From Sedimentisphaerales bacterium (GTDB taxonomy: Bacteria > Planctomycetota > Phycisphaerae > Sedimentisphaerales > SM23-30): a DNA stretch of 64,000 bases. Position 1 is the first letter of the stretch. Each line of letters opens with the position of its first letter. The DNA is taken from the NCBI GenBank assembly GCA_963663965.2, contig CAXXFK010000038.1:1-64000 (forward strand), read 5' to 3'. This document shows, piece by piece, positions 53,366-63,302 of this stretch. The translations under genes were made by a program, and so were the position numbers. The notes beneath the pieces are model-generated. The model ran no database searches. It worked only from the letters and a program-made list of their open reading frames with translations, and was not told the origin of the DNA.

Positions 53366-53746
53366 ATGAACAAGACTATGCTGGTAATATCGTCGATGTT
53401 ATTTGTGTTTTTATCTGGTTGCATGAACTGTGAATGTAATATGGATCGATATATCAATGCCGCTCGAGAACATGAAACAGCTTTCAAAGCATACATCTTT
53501 TACGTTTTGCCTGAAAATGAATGGGCTTTAGAAAAATCATTGTTTTTGGCAAGAAGTAAAATTGAGATGAAGGGGCTATTAGAATTTTTACAGAACACTC
53601 CAAGTGACAGTTACCGAGTGGTTCGTGGTTATCACCCAGATTGTTTAGAGTTAAAGCCGAATACGATATGGGTTGATGGAGAATGGTGGTATTTTGTTGA
53701 TAAAAAGACATATAAAATTATTTATGATTGTCAAGGATTCATTTGA
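53366..53746 (+). CDS. Hypothetical lipoprotein
   Basis: Lipobox FLSGC. Confidence 0.65.
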   Translation: MNKTMLVISSMLFVFLSGCMNCECNMDRYINAAREHETAFKAYIFYVLPENEWALEKSLFLARSKIEMKGLLEFLQNTPSDSYRVVRGYHPDCLELKPNTIWVDGEWWYFVDKKTYKIIYDCQGFI

Positions 53747-53950
53747 ATGTTGAGAGTATCCCGTTATGGGGAGTATGATAATGGTATGGTTAATGTGATG
53801 GCTTGTTATGGAATGTTGGGTGGTGACTGGCTGATGCCGAGGTGGTTGCGGTGGCGGTAGAGTCGTCAATGTTAAATCACGAAGGGGGCCGGAGGAATAA
53901 TATAAATCAGTTTCACCACAGAGATACAGAGGGCTCAGAGGAAAGGCAGT

Positions 53951-54189
53951 GAAAACCGCTTGGGTGGAGTTCGCCCTGCGTGATTGAAACGGCAGAATGA
54001 TATTAAGGTTTATTTTGAACCGCAGATCCCGATGTGCATCGGGACAGATGGACGCAGATAAAGAAAAGGGGGGAATTTTTAACATGAAGTTTTTGAAGGG
54101 GGGGAAGGGATTTGAGATTTGAAATTTGAGATCTTAGAAAAATATGACAATCGAGTTTCCTGCGAAGCCGTGAAGTTACAAAAGTGAAT
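53951..54189. repeat. Spacer block copy B
   Basis: Colinear homology to 51815-52072; its 3' motif also recurs at 55041-55076. Confidence 0.75.
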
Positions 54190-54248
54190 ATCAGAAAACC
54201 ACGTGGGGGGAGTCCAGCCTGCGTGACTGGATGGGAGTCTTGTATAAT

Positions 54249-54608
54249 ATGAATAAAATGAAGATACTGATTATTATGGTTTCTATGTTGATTCAAGCTG
54301 GGTGTGCTTTAAATAGACCGGTTACGATACAGGTTACAAATGAGGCAGGCATGCCCATAGAAAATGTCAGGATATATGCCGATGTTCAGAGAAAAGTTGG
54401 ATTGATATATTCAAAATTATTGATCCATGTCGAAGGCATTACCCAGAAAAATGGGGAAGTGACATTATTAATGCCAAGAGGTAAATATAATGGTTTTATC
54501 TTTGCTACTCACCCCTCTTTTAGTGATCCCAGATATGGACCATTCAATGATGGGTGGTTCAATAATGATTTCGCTGAGTTTTCGGTGAGTCTGGAGGGTG
54601 TGAAATGA
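54249..54608 (+). CDS. Hypothetical lipoprotein (carboxypeptidase-regulatory/transthyretin-like fold suspected)
   Basis: Lipobox IQAGC; V.N..G.PIENV.I...G.T...G.V. Confidence 0.6.
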   Translation: MNKMKILIIMVSMLIQAGCALNRPVTIQVTNEAGMPIENVRIYADVQRKVGLIYSKLLIHVEGITQKNGEVTLLMPRGKYNGFIFATHPSFSDPRYGPFNDGWFNNDFAEFSVSLEGVK

Positions 54609-55015
54609 AAAAGTATGTCTTTATTACACAAAGCTTAATGATCATTATACTTGGAGGGTGTAATATTGGCGGTTATGGATTCAAATTACCGAGTGGTGGC
54701 AATTTTAAGTTATTAGATCAAGAGAGTGGAAAGCCGATAACCGGCGCCATGTTTTATAGCTGGGATTACTTGTATGAGCCCGCTGCGGCCATGCCCCTGG
54801 GAAATTGTGGTCTTATGGTTCCAGCCGTATTTGATTATAGAGATGATAATTATTACAGCATTAAAATGTTCAAAAATACTCCAGGAGTTGTTTATATCAT
54901 GGTCGGGCCTGAGCATATTGAAAAACAGGAGGTCAGCAAAATTGTTCCATTTTACTCATCTGATTTTAAGGATGGAACCTTAGTGATTTATTTGACAAAA
55001 GAGGAACAGGAATAG
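54605..55015 (+). CDS. Hypothetical lipoprotein
   Basis: GGAGG RBS; lipobox LGGC; LLDQESGKPITGA. Confidence 0.62.
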   Translation: MKKYVFITQSLMIIILGGCNIGGYGFKLPSGGNFKLLDQESGKPITGAMFYSWDYLYEPAAAMPLGNCGLMVPAVFDYRDDNYYSIKMFKNTPGVVYIMVGPEHIEKQEVSKIVPFYSSDFKDGTLVIYLTKEEQE

Positions 55016-55077
55016 GAGCGTACAGACTTGATGAGCCGGGGTTTCGTGCGAAGCCGCAAAGTTATAAAAGTGAATAG

Positions 55078-55413
55078 ATGAACCTGCGAGACATTTTTGC
55101 AGTTGCTGTTATGGATATAATATTATTATTCTCAATACTCATCTGTTTTATTGTTAATCAGATTTTATCATATAAATTTGGTGACTATTTGTATAAACAC
55201 CATTATCATGCATGGGATAAGATGACAAAAGTACCTGGAGGAATGCGATGGGAATGTAATCGTTTCACTTTTTTTGATGAATTATTTAGTGATGTATACT
55301 ACGGAGATCCTGAACTACCAAATAAAAAAAGGAGGTTACGGGTAACAATAGGATTACATTTTTTTTTCAATAATTGCGTTTGTTGTATACCTGATATTAT
55401 CTGGTTAAAGTGA
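55078..55413 (+). CDS. Small hypothetical membrane protein
   Basis: N-terminal TM helix; T8 run near the 3' end may be frameshifted. Confidence 0.5.
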   Translation: MNLRDIFAVAVMDIILLFSILICFIVNQILSYKFGDYLYKHHYHAWDKMTKVPGGMRWECNRFTFFDELFSDVYYGDPELPNKKRRLRVTIGLHFFFNNCVCCIPDIIWLK

Positions 55414-55474
55414 TGGTTTGTTATGGGATAATGGGTGCTGACTGGCTGATGTCTATGATGGATAAGGCAAACGT

Positions 55475-56014
55475 ATGAGTCAAAATCTGATCATTTTGTG
55501 TCTGACCGGTGTGGTGTGTCTGGGAGTGGGTCTGGTGGCGGGATCTTTTTTTGCGGGGCGGTATGGTCATACGGTAACGGAAGAGATGCCTGGGTTGATC
55601 CGGCAGTTGCTGCAAACGGGCTATTATGATCTGCCCTGTGGGGGCGGGCCGTTATTTACCCCGGATCAGGCGGAAGAAGACGGGGCGCTCAAATATGGCG
55701 CAGTACGATACCGGTATTTGAATCTGGCGCTGCTTTATGACCCATTCGTTATTGCCGAGGCGCCGGATGAGGCCGGACGGGTGGCGTATGCGGTGTTGTA
55801 TCGCATGGCGGATTTACCTTTTCTGGATGAACTGATCCGGTTGAGGATGCAGTTGAACCCTGATCTGGCCGGTACGGATGGATCGATACAGAAGTATCCG
55901 CTGGATACCTTGATTCAATTAATCGCGCATAAACTGAAATGCGGTTGCCCGGAAGGTATGGTTCCGATGGATGCCAAAGAGATGGATGATCTGATCTGCC
56001 GGTGGATGTGTTAA
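55475..56014 (+). CDS. Hypothetical protein with N-terminal TM helix
   Basis: 179-aa ORF, GC content closer to the host core. Confidence 0.55.
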   Translation: MSQNLIILCLTGVVCLGVGLVAGSFFAGRYGHTVTEEMPGLIRQLLQTGYYDLPCGGGPLFTPDQAEEDGALKYGAVRYRYLNLALLYDPFVIAEAPDEAGRVAYAVLYRMADLPFLDELIRLRMQLNPDLAGTDGSIQKYPLDTLIQLIAHKLKCGCPEGMVPMDAKEMDDLICRWMC

Positions 56015-56045
56015 GAGTGGTAAATCTTATTCAAACAGGCACTAA

Positions 56046-56224
56046 GGGACCGTCAATAAATAAATACTGCATTTCTCATCCCATCTTGCCGCCATCTTCA
56101 GCCGCTTCTCAATCGCAAAATCCTCGACATAGAACAGCACTGCCTGCGGCTTTGCTCAATCGGCGCGACTGAATCTGACGACAAGCTGGGCGATAAATTG
56201 CAGCATTTATTTATTTACAGCCCC
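56046..56224. mobile_element. MITE copy 2 (~179 bp, TAA duplication)
   Basis: TIRs GGGACCGTCAATAAATAAAT / ATTTATTTATTTACAGCCCC flanked by TAA on both sides; core AAATCCTCGACATAGAACAGCACTGCCTGCGG identical to copy 1. Confidence 0.82.
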
Positions 56225-56368
56225 TAATAAAACAAGAGAATGACGGATAGGAGTACAAATATCCCCCGTTTTTGTGCCTTGCCCTGGAAAACATTCCCTG
56301 AATTCTCCTCTAAAGCTATTTTTGGAGGTACTTTACATCTATTAGACCATTGCCGTTATGAATTTGGC

Positions 56369-56397
56369 TTGACAGTGGGCGTAATGAGAGGTACTAA
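56369..56397 (+). promoter_or_regulatory. sigma70-type promoter of the MoxR/ABC operon
   Basis: TTGACA-17 nt-TACTAA. Confidence 0.5.
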
Positions 56398-56454
56398 TAT
56401 AATTATCTATATTATAAGGAGTTGTCACAGTATGTCCGGAGAGAGGACTTTGAA

Positions 56455-57867
56455 ATGAATTCGTTGGAAAAATATGACCGGCTGGCGAAGAAGTTTCGGT
56501 GGAAACTGGGATTGATCCTGTATTTCAGGCAGTTCCTGGGCTGGGCCGCAGTGGTGATGTTTCTTTGGGGTGTGGTCGTACTGGTTTTAAAGGGATTGAG
56601 CCTGGATACTCTTTGGTATCAGATAGTACCGGGTACGGCGTTGATCGCGCCGGTGGTGATATCGCTGGTGTGGATGTTGCGATCGCTGCCGGATCCGGCC
56701 AGGATTAAAGCCATGCTGGATCTGCGGGTGGCGGGTGGCGGATTGATTACCGCTTCAGATGAGATCGATATTCAGCAGTGGATGGATCGGATTCCCAATG
56801 AACGGTCGCCCCGGCTCTCGTGGCGCGGGGGACGGGTCCTGACGCCGTTTATCCTGTCGATCGTTTTTCTGGGAGTGGCTTTTGCGATTCCTGCCCGGTT
56901 AATCGCCGCGGCGCCGAACCGGCTGGATATCGGGGAAGAACTGGATCAGTTCAATCAGCAGTTGGCGGTGCTGGAAGAAGAGCAGATCCTGGATGAAGAG
57001 CAACTCCAGGAGTATCGCAAGGATATTGCTGATTTGGATAAGAAAGCGGCCGCCGGCGATTCAGGCGGAATGTGGGAGGCGATGGATCATCTGGATAATT
57101 CGCTGGAGAAGGTGGCGGAAAAGGAAGCGCTGGATATGCTCAAGGAGTTGCGGCAGAATCGCCTGGCGCAGGAACTGGCCCAGGCTTTGAATCAGAACCA
57201 GGATCAACTGCCGGCGGGAGCGCTGGACGCGGCGGTTGAGCAATTGAGCCAGTTGGCGACAGGCAGTGTGCCGCCGGAGGCGCTGGAAGAGGCCGGTATT
57301 TCTCCTGAGGCATGGAAAGAACTGCTGGCAAAGATCCAATCGGGGCAGTTGAGTGAGGGGGAATGTACCCAGATGCAGCAGATTCTTGGTCAGTGCGGCC
57401 AGTGCCAGGGGGGGAAGATCGGACGGCTGGTGGACGCGCGGCTGCTGGATGGCAAATTTATGAAACTATGTGAAAAGGCGGGGGAATGTGATCCGGAGGC
57501 TTTGCTGGCGTATTTGTCGCAGTGCGAGGGAATGACACCCGGTGACTGTCAGGCCTTGTGTCAATTACCCGGCAAAGGCGGCGTGACGCGGGGGCGGGGT
57601 GACGCGGCGCTGACCTGGAAAGATGAAACCCAGACGGCAGATATGGGCTTTAAGGAAGCGGTTTTGCCACCCGGATCGCTGGCTTCATTGCGTGACAGTC
57701 AGATCCAGGGTGTTTCGATCGGGGATCCGGGTACGGAAGAGCCCCTGGGGCCGTCCGGCAGCGGCGCGCTGGCCGGGGCGAGCGCCACGGGCGGGACCGC
57801 CCGAACTCACACGGTGCTGCCGGTCCACCGAAATTCCGTGAACAATTATTTTAACCGGAATAAATGA
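56455..57867 (+). CDS. Membrane protein with coiled-coil and Cys/Gly-rich C-terminus (MoxR-operon associated)
   Basis: 3 TM helices, helical Q/E-rich region, PGKGGVTRGRGDAALTW, terminal VLPVHR..V..YF. Confidence 0.7.
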   Translation: MNSLEKYDRLAKKFRWKLGLILYFRQFLGWAAVVMFLWGVVVLVLKGLSLDTLWYQIVPGTALIAPVVISLVWMLRSLPDPARIKAMLDLRVAGGGLITASDEIDIQQWMDRIPNERSPRLSWRGGRVLTPFILSIVFLGVAFAIPARLIAAAPNRLDIGEELDQFNQQLAVLEEEQILDEEQLQEYRKDIADLDKKAAAGDSGGMWEAMDHLDNSLEKVAEKEALDMLKELRQNRLAQELAQALNQNQDQLPAGALDAAVEQLSQLATGSVPPEALEEAGISPEAWKELLAKIQSGQLSEGECTQMQQILGQCGQCQGGKIGRLVDARLLDGKFMKLCEKAGECDPEALLAYLSQCEGMTPGDCQALCQLPGKGGVTRGRGDAALTWKDETQTADMGFKEAVLPPGSLASLRDSQIQGVSIGDPGTEEPLGPSGSGALAGASATGGTARTHTVLPVHRNSVNNYFNRNK

Positions 57868-57970
57868 TGTTGTGCCGGCGGGATCGGCATAAAGTTTGTA
57901 ACAAAAAGACATGATTGACGTCTATTCAAAGAGTGTGTTTGTCTACAGGACTTGAAGCAGGTATGAGATT

Positions 57971-59008
57971 ATGACAGAGAGACAAGAAGGAAAACTGTTA
58001 ACCGCAGAAGAGATTGAACCGGTCACGCGGATTTTGAATCAAACGCTGGACAGCCTGAACCATATGCTGTTAGGGCGGCCGGAGTTACATAAGCTTGTCC
58101 TGATCGGCGTGATCGCCCGTGGACATATTCTGCTGGAAGGGGTCCCGGGTGTCGGCAAAACCGCGTTGATTCGGGCCCTGGGCGAAATTCTGCAATTGAA
58201 GTTTAACCGGGTTCAGTTTACGCCGGACCTGATGCCGGGGGATATCCTGGGAACGCATATCCTGGAAGAGACCGAGCATGGACGCGCGATGCGGTTTGAG
58301 CCGGGCGCGGTCTTTTGTAATATTTTACTGGCAGATGAGATCAACCGGGCTTCACCCAAGACGCAGGCGGCGTTGCTGGAAGCGATGCAGGAACGGAGCG
58401 TCACGCTGCTGGGCGAGACCCGGGTGTTGCCAGATCCGTTTTTTGTGCTGGCTTCGCAGAATCCCATCGAGCAGGAGGGGACCTATCCATTGCCTGAAGC
58501 GCAGCTGGACCGTTTCATGTTCAAACTGCAGGTGCTGGGTTCCAGCGCCGAGGTGCTGGAGCAGATCATTACGATGCGACGGCGGGGTGAGACGCCGGCC
58601 AGTCCTTTTCAGATGAGCCGGGATGATCTGTTAAAGGTGTTTGCGGTTATGGAACAGGTATACCTGCCGCGGGCAGTGGCCCGATATATCGCCCGGTTGT
58701 CGGTCGCGACGCATCCGGATGGCGCGGAAGCAACGGAACCGGTCCGTCACTATGTCAATTATGGCGCGTCGCCCAGGGCGGCGATCGCGATTGCGGAGGC
58801 CGCCCGTGGATACGCCCTGCTTGCGGGCCGGCCCACCGTGGGTTTTGAAGATGTGCGCGCGGTGGCTGGGGCGGTACTGAACCATCGGATTTTATTAAAT
58901 TATAATGCCCGGTTCGACAAGGTTGACAGTACTGTTATCATTCAATCGCTGCTGGAGAGTCTGGATGAGGCGGGTTTGAATTTGCCGGAAGATGTCGGTG
59001 TGGCTTAA
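57971..59008 (+). CDS. MoxR-family AAA+ ATPase
   Basis: GHILLEGVPGVGKT, RVQFTPDLMPGDI, LLADEINRASPKTQAALLEAMQE, QNPIEQEGTYPLPEAQLDRF, GASPRA. Confidence 0.95.
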   Translation: MTERQEGKLLTAEEIEPVTRILNQTLDSLNHMLLGRPELHKLVLIGVIARGHILLEGVPGVGKTALIRALGEILQLKFNRVQFTPDLMPGDILGTHILEETEHGRAMRFEPGAVFCNILLADEINRASPKTQAALLEAMQERSVTLLGETRVLPDPFFVLASQNPIEQEGTYPLPEAQLDRFMFKLQVLGSSAEVLEQIITMRRRGETPASPFQMSRDDLLKVFAVMEQVYLPRAVARYIARLSVATHPDGAEATEPVRHYVNYGASPRAAIAIAEAARGYALLAGRPTVGFEDVRAVAGAVLNHRILLNYNARFDKVDSTVIIQSLLESLDEAGLNLPEDVGVA

Positions 59009-59064
59009 TCTGATCGAATACCGAGTGAGACGATTTAAGGAGTGAAACCAGCTTGAAGGAAATT

Positions 59065-60867
59065 ATGAAACGATACATCGTGGCCCTGGCCGTCTTGTTC
59101 CTGTTCACCGCGATGCCGGCCGATGGGGCGACCCGGTTGGAGAAAGCGCCGGAAATAGAGATCGAGGTTAGCGCGCCGCCGGTACAGGATTGTATCGCGT
59201 CCGGTTATTATGAATACCGGATTCATATCACCAATACAGATGATCTGCCGCGGCTGGTTGAGCTTATTTTGAACGCGAGCGGCCATGTCACGCAATTGTC
59301 CCGGGTCGTGCAGGTGGAAGGCAAAGGCTCGGTGACGGCTCCGATTTATCTGCCACCGGTCAGCATGCAAAGTTATGCCATGCAGGTCCGTGTCAACAAT
59401 CGATATGGTGGTAATGTCGATCTGGGGATCGATCTGATGTCCTATCGAAATGGCGATACCCTGCTGGTCAGCCAGACGTTGGGTCAGTGGGTGTATGACT
59501 GGCAGGTGGTGTTCCCGGAGTTTTCGGAGGATAAACATGGGGAACAACAGCGAATTGATAATATGCTTATCAAGCGATTTATGCCGATGGTGAAAACCGA
59601 TCCCATCGAGGCCTGGAGTACCAACTGGCTGGGGTATACAGCCTATGCCGCTGTGGTGATCAGCTCGGTGGACTATCAGCGGGCCCCGGCGGCGGTGATT
59701 TCGGCAATGGAACGGTATATTGAGGCCGGCGGCACCTTGATAGTGGCCGGGGATTTTCAGCCCGCGGAAGGGTGGTTTGTGCAAGAGGAACCGCAACCGT
59801 TCGGGCGGGCGTACTACCGGGGATTCGGGGTTTTGCTGGCGATGACGGAGATGCGGGCCAACGAGAGTCAGTGGGGTCAACTGGCCGCTTTCTGGGATCG
59901 CAGCGCGGCGCCCTTCCGTCATCAGGATGAGATATCACGTTCCACTGCGGGCGGGGGTATGAATGTGGTGGAGGATAGCCGAATTCCGGTAAACGGCTTG
60001 TTTGTGGTCGTACTGATTTTCGCGATCCTGGTGGGACCGCTGAACGCGCTGGTTTTTGCCCGCAAGGAAAAGCGGATGCGGATCTACTGGACGGTTCCGT
60101 TGTTTTCCGTGATTGCCACCGCGGCGATAGTGCTGGTCTCGTTGTTATCGGAAGGGATCACCTCAAGTGTCCGAACCGCGGGTGTGGTTTATCTGGACGA
60201 GAACAGTCATCGGGCCGCGGTCTTGAGCCGGATAGGTTATTATTGTCCTTTGCCTCCGGGAAGTCTGGCCTTCAGCAACGATGTCCAGTTAAAATGCGCG
60301 GCGCTGGGGGACTCTTGGGATAGCAGTTCCAACCGGCGGATCGATTACAGTGACGGGCAGCGTTATTTTGGCTGGATTTCGCCCCGGATGCCGGAATATT
60401 TTGTCAGCCGGGCCAGTCAATCGTGCCGTGATCGACTGACGGTGCGGTACGATCTGGCGGGCGGGATTTCGGTGGTGAACGGGCTGGCGGCCGATATCAA
60501 GCAACTCTGGCTGGTGACGGCCGATGGTCAGGTTCGCGGCGGGGAGAATCTGGGCGCGGGACAGGCCGGCGATCTGGCAGTGTTGGATCGAGAAGCGCTA
60601 ACCGCGATGGATTATCCGATCGACGTTTACGCGTTGTCGAAGATTTACAGCATGAGGCAGTGGCATACGCTTACGACGAATATTCCCAATCTCTATTTGA
60701 ACAACTGGCTGACACCGGGTCATTATGTGGCGATATTGCATGATAATCCTTATACCGAAGTTGGATTTGAAAATTACAAGTCGACGGGTTCGGCATGTGT
60801 GGTTTACGGGGTATTGAATCGTGAGGCACTTGAGCCGGGCAACCAGGCGCGGGCAGAAAACCAATAA
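59065..60867 (+). CDS. Secreted/membrane protein with glutamine-amidotransferase-like segment
   Basis: Signal peptide; W.GY....VVI...A...YIEAGGTLIV; TM pair FAILVGPLN...YWTVP. Confidence 0.7.
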   Translation: MKRYIVALAVLFLFTAMPADGATRLEKAPEIEIEVSAPPVQDCIASGYYEYRIHITNTDDLPRLVELILNASGHVTQLSRVVQVEGKGSVTAPIYLPPVSMQSYAMQVRVNNRYGGNVDLGIDLMSYRNGDTLLVSQTLGQWVYDWQVVFPEFSEDKHGEQQRIDNMLIKRFMPMVKTDPIEAWSTNWLGYTAYAAVVISSVDYQRAPAAVISAMERYIEAGGTLIVAGDFQPAEGWFVQEEPQPFGRAYYRGFGVLLAMTEMRANESQWGQLAAFWDRSAAPFRHQDEISRSTAGGGMNVVEDSRIPVNGLFVVVLIFAILVGPLNALVFARKEKRMRIYWTVPLFSVIATAAIVLVSLLSEGITSSVRTAGVVYLDENSHRAAVLSRIGYYCPLPPGSLAFSNDVQLKCAALGDSWDSSSNRRIDYSDGQRYFGWISPRMPEYFVSRASQSCRDRLTVRYDLAGGISVVNGLAADIKQLWLVTADGQVRGGENLGAGQAGDLAVLDREALTAMDYPIDVYALSKIYSMRQWHTLTTNIPNLYLNNWLTPGHYVAILHDNPYTEVGFENYKSTGSACVVYGVLNREALEPGNQARAENQ

Positions 60868-60879
60868 GAGGTCAAACGG

Positions 60880-61821
60880 ATGGAAGTACAAGTAAAGAAC
60901 CTGGTAAAGGATTTTGGCAAGACCCGCGCGGTTGACGATTTAACTTTTTCCTTTTCGAGCGGTAACGTTTTTGGTTTTGTCGGTCCGAACGGGGCGGGCA
61001 AGACGACAACGATCCGTATCCTGGCCACCCTGCTGGAACCCTCGGAAGGCGACGCGTTTATCGACGGGTATTCGGTGGTTCAGGATCCGGAGAAGGTGCG
61101 GACCCGGCTGGGCTATATGCCGGATACCCTGCCCACCCACGCGGACATGACGGTTCGGGATTATGTGGATTTTTACGCGCGGGCCTCGGGCGTGTCGCCT
61201 AAGCGTCGTAAGGCAGTGGTGGAAGGGGTCGAAGCGTTTACCAATCTGACGGGGATCCGGCAGAAGTTTTTGAAGGATTTGAGCAAGGGAATGAAACAGC
61301 GGGTGTCACTGGCCCGGTCGCTGGTCCATGATCCGGCAGTATTGATACTGGATGAGCCGGCCGCCGGGCTCGATCCACGGGCCCGGATTGAATTGCGCGA
61401 ATTGCTGAAAGTACTGGCGGAGCAGGGCAAGGCGATCCTGATCAGTTCGCATATTCTGTCGGAGCTGTCGGAAATCTGTCATGGCGCGGTGATTATCGAA
61501 CAGGGCCGCCTGCTGCACGCGGGGAATATCGAGGAACTGCAACAGGGTTTGTCGGCGCAGAAGAAAGGGCATGCGGTAACGATACGCACTCAGGATAATC
61601 AACATGAGGCGCTGCATAAATTTTTGATTCAGCAGCCGAAGGTGGAAGAAGCGCTGTTGAATCCCAATAATGTCCAGATCCAGTTTTCCGGGACGAATAG
61701 CGACGCGGCGGATCTGATCAAGCGCCTGGTGGCGGCGGAAATTCCCATTATCGAGTTCCGGCATGAGAAGACCAGCCTTGAAGACATTTTCATGAAGATT
61801 ACCAAAGGAGGCGTTCAATGA
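60880..61821 (+). CDS. ABC transporter ATP-binding protein (ABC-2 type)
   Basis: GPNGAGKTT, LSKGMKQR, ILDEPAAGLDP, ISSH. Confidence 0.95.
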   Translation: MEVQVKNLVKDFGKTRAVDDLTFSFSSGNVFGFVGPNGAGKTTTIRILATLLEPSEGDAFIDGYSVVQDPEKVRTRLGYMPDTLPTHADMTVRDYVDFYARASGVSPKRRKAVVEGVEAFTNLTGIRQKFLKDLSKGMKQRVSLARSLVHDPAVLILDEPAAGLDPRARIELRELLKVLAEQGKAILISSHILSELSEICHGAVIIEQGRLLHAGNIEELQQGLSAQKKGHAVTIRTQDNQHEALHKFLIQQPKVEEALLNPNNVQIQFSGTNSDAADLIKRLVAAEIPIIEFRHEKTSLEDIFMKITKGGVQ

Positions 61822-63302
61822 TCGGGCCACGCTGGCACCATACAGGCGTTCTGTCCAACCCGGTGATGATCAAGGAGCTGCGCCAGACGGTCAAAGGCAA
61901 AATGGCTGTTCTGGGCATGAATTTCATGTTAATCGTCCTGATCGTGATATTTTCCATTTCCCTGCTGAATTTCGACGAGAATGAGAATTTTGGCCGGAAC
62001 ATGTTTTACGGCGTGGTTTCGGTATTAGGCATTATCTGCCTGATTGTCGTGCCGATGAACCTGTTTAACCGGACCGGCGCGGAACGGGATCCGGAGGATC
62101 AGGACCTGATGTACATTACCGCCTTATCCCCGCATAAAATTGTGCTGGGAAAGTACGCGGCCGGGATCCTGGTTGTATTGCTTTATGGCTGCGCGTCGTT
62201 GCCCTTTATCGCATTTACCTATCTGCTGAAAGGAGTGGATTTTCTGGCGATCGGGCTGGCGCTGGGTCATGGCTTTTTGATGGTATTTCTCAGCATTCAG
62301 ATGGCGATTTTGCTGGGGTGTCTGCCCATGAATAAAAAATCGCGGGTTGGATTCATGGGATTTGGGGTGGTATTCTTCTGGATTATTTTATCCATGGGTG
62401 TTCCCTTCAGTCTGTCGAGGCGGGGAATGGGAGTGCCTTTTATCGGTGCATTGACAGTGAATTTCTGGTTCAGCACCATGGTCATCGTTTTTCTAGTCGT
62501 GTTAATTTACCTGTTGACGATCGCGCGTCTGAAGCCGCTGACGGCCAACCGGGCTTTCGTGCCGAGAGTGTATCTGAGCGGAATGTGGCTTTTGGGATTG
62601 ATCGGTATCGTCTTAACGCGAAACGTGGTTCTGTTTCATCTGTGGTTGATCCTATTTTATGGCATTTCGCTGTTTTCCCTGATTCTGGCTACCAGTGAAC
62701 GTGATCGGATCAGCGCGCGGATCCGCAGAGGGATCCCGGATGGACCGGGTCGGGTTCCGGCGTTTTTATTTTTCAGCGGATCGGGTTCGGGAATCCTGTG
62801 GTCATTGATTACGCTGGCCGGAACGCTTGGATTCAGTTATTTTTTGGGTCACCTGGGATGGTTTACAGCTTATTTTCCCGTGGGTCCGTTTGTGAATGAC
62901 TATTTGCCGCGATTTGTCATGTCGGCTTTGTCAGTGACCGGTTACAGTCTGATTTTTTATGGTTTGACCCGACTGTTAAGGCGGGAGAACCTGATGACCA
63001 AGACCTGGGCGCTAACTGTTGCTATAATGTTTATTATCGCGGCGATCACTGGCATTCTGGTTGAATCGGTTGAAAAGCCCAAAGACCTTTATATCGCGAC
63101 TCCGCTTTGTGGTGTCTTTCTTAAGTCGGATGATCTTTTTTTAATCCTCCTGTGGAGCTGGGCCGGGATCGCTTTGTTGCCATCGCTGCTAATCGTCATT
63201 AAACAATTCAGGGCATTTAAACCCTTATCCGATCAATCCATTGCCGCCCCGGTTCCCTCCGTTTCCCCGAAAGTTGACGATCATGAAGTTCCGGTTCAAT
63301 AA
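61818..63302 (+). CDS. ABC-2-type permease
   Basis: NPVMIKELRQ, ER....DLMYITALSP.KIVLGK, multiple TM helices. Confidence 0.85.
   Translation: MIGPRWHHTGVLSNPVMIKELRQTVKGKMAVLGMNFMLIVLIVIFSISLLNFDENENFGRNMFYGVVSVLGIICLIVVPMNLFNRTGAERDPEDQDLMYITALSPHKIVLGKYAAGILVVLLYGCASLPFIAFTYLLKGVDFLAIGLALGHGFLMVFLSIQMAILLGCLPMNKKSRVGFMGFGVVFFWIILSMGVPFSLSRRGMGVPFIGALTVNFWFSTMVIVFLVVLIYLLTIARLKPLTANRAFVPRVYLSGMWLLGLIGIVLTRNVVLFHLWLILFYGISLFSLILATSERDRISARIRRGIPDGPGRVPAFLFFSGSGSGILWSLITLAGTLGFSYFLGHLGWFTAYFPVGPFVNDYLPRFVMSALSVTGYSLIFYGLTRLLRRENLMTKTWALTVAIMFIIAAITGILVESVEKPKDLYIATPLCGVFLKSDDLFLILLWSWAGIALLPSLLIVIKQFRAFKPLSDQSIAAPVPSVSPKVDDHEVPVQ

Noticed and set aside
53951..53990. Fluoride riboswitch (GGAGTTCGCC and AACCGC words)
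   Set aside because: The elements are in the wrong order, the GCTRATGAC segment is missing, and the sequence is part of the spacer repeat.
49820..56014. Classical integron cassette array
   Set aside because: No intI in the window and no convincing RYYYAAC...GTTRRRY palindromic attC between genes; the spacers are direct-repeat mosaics.
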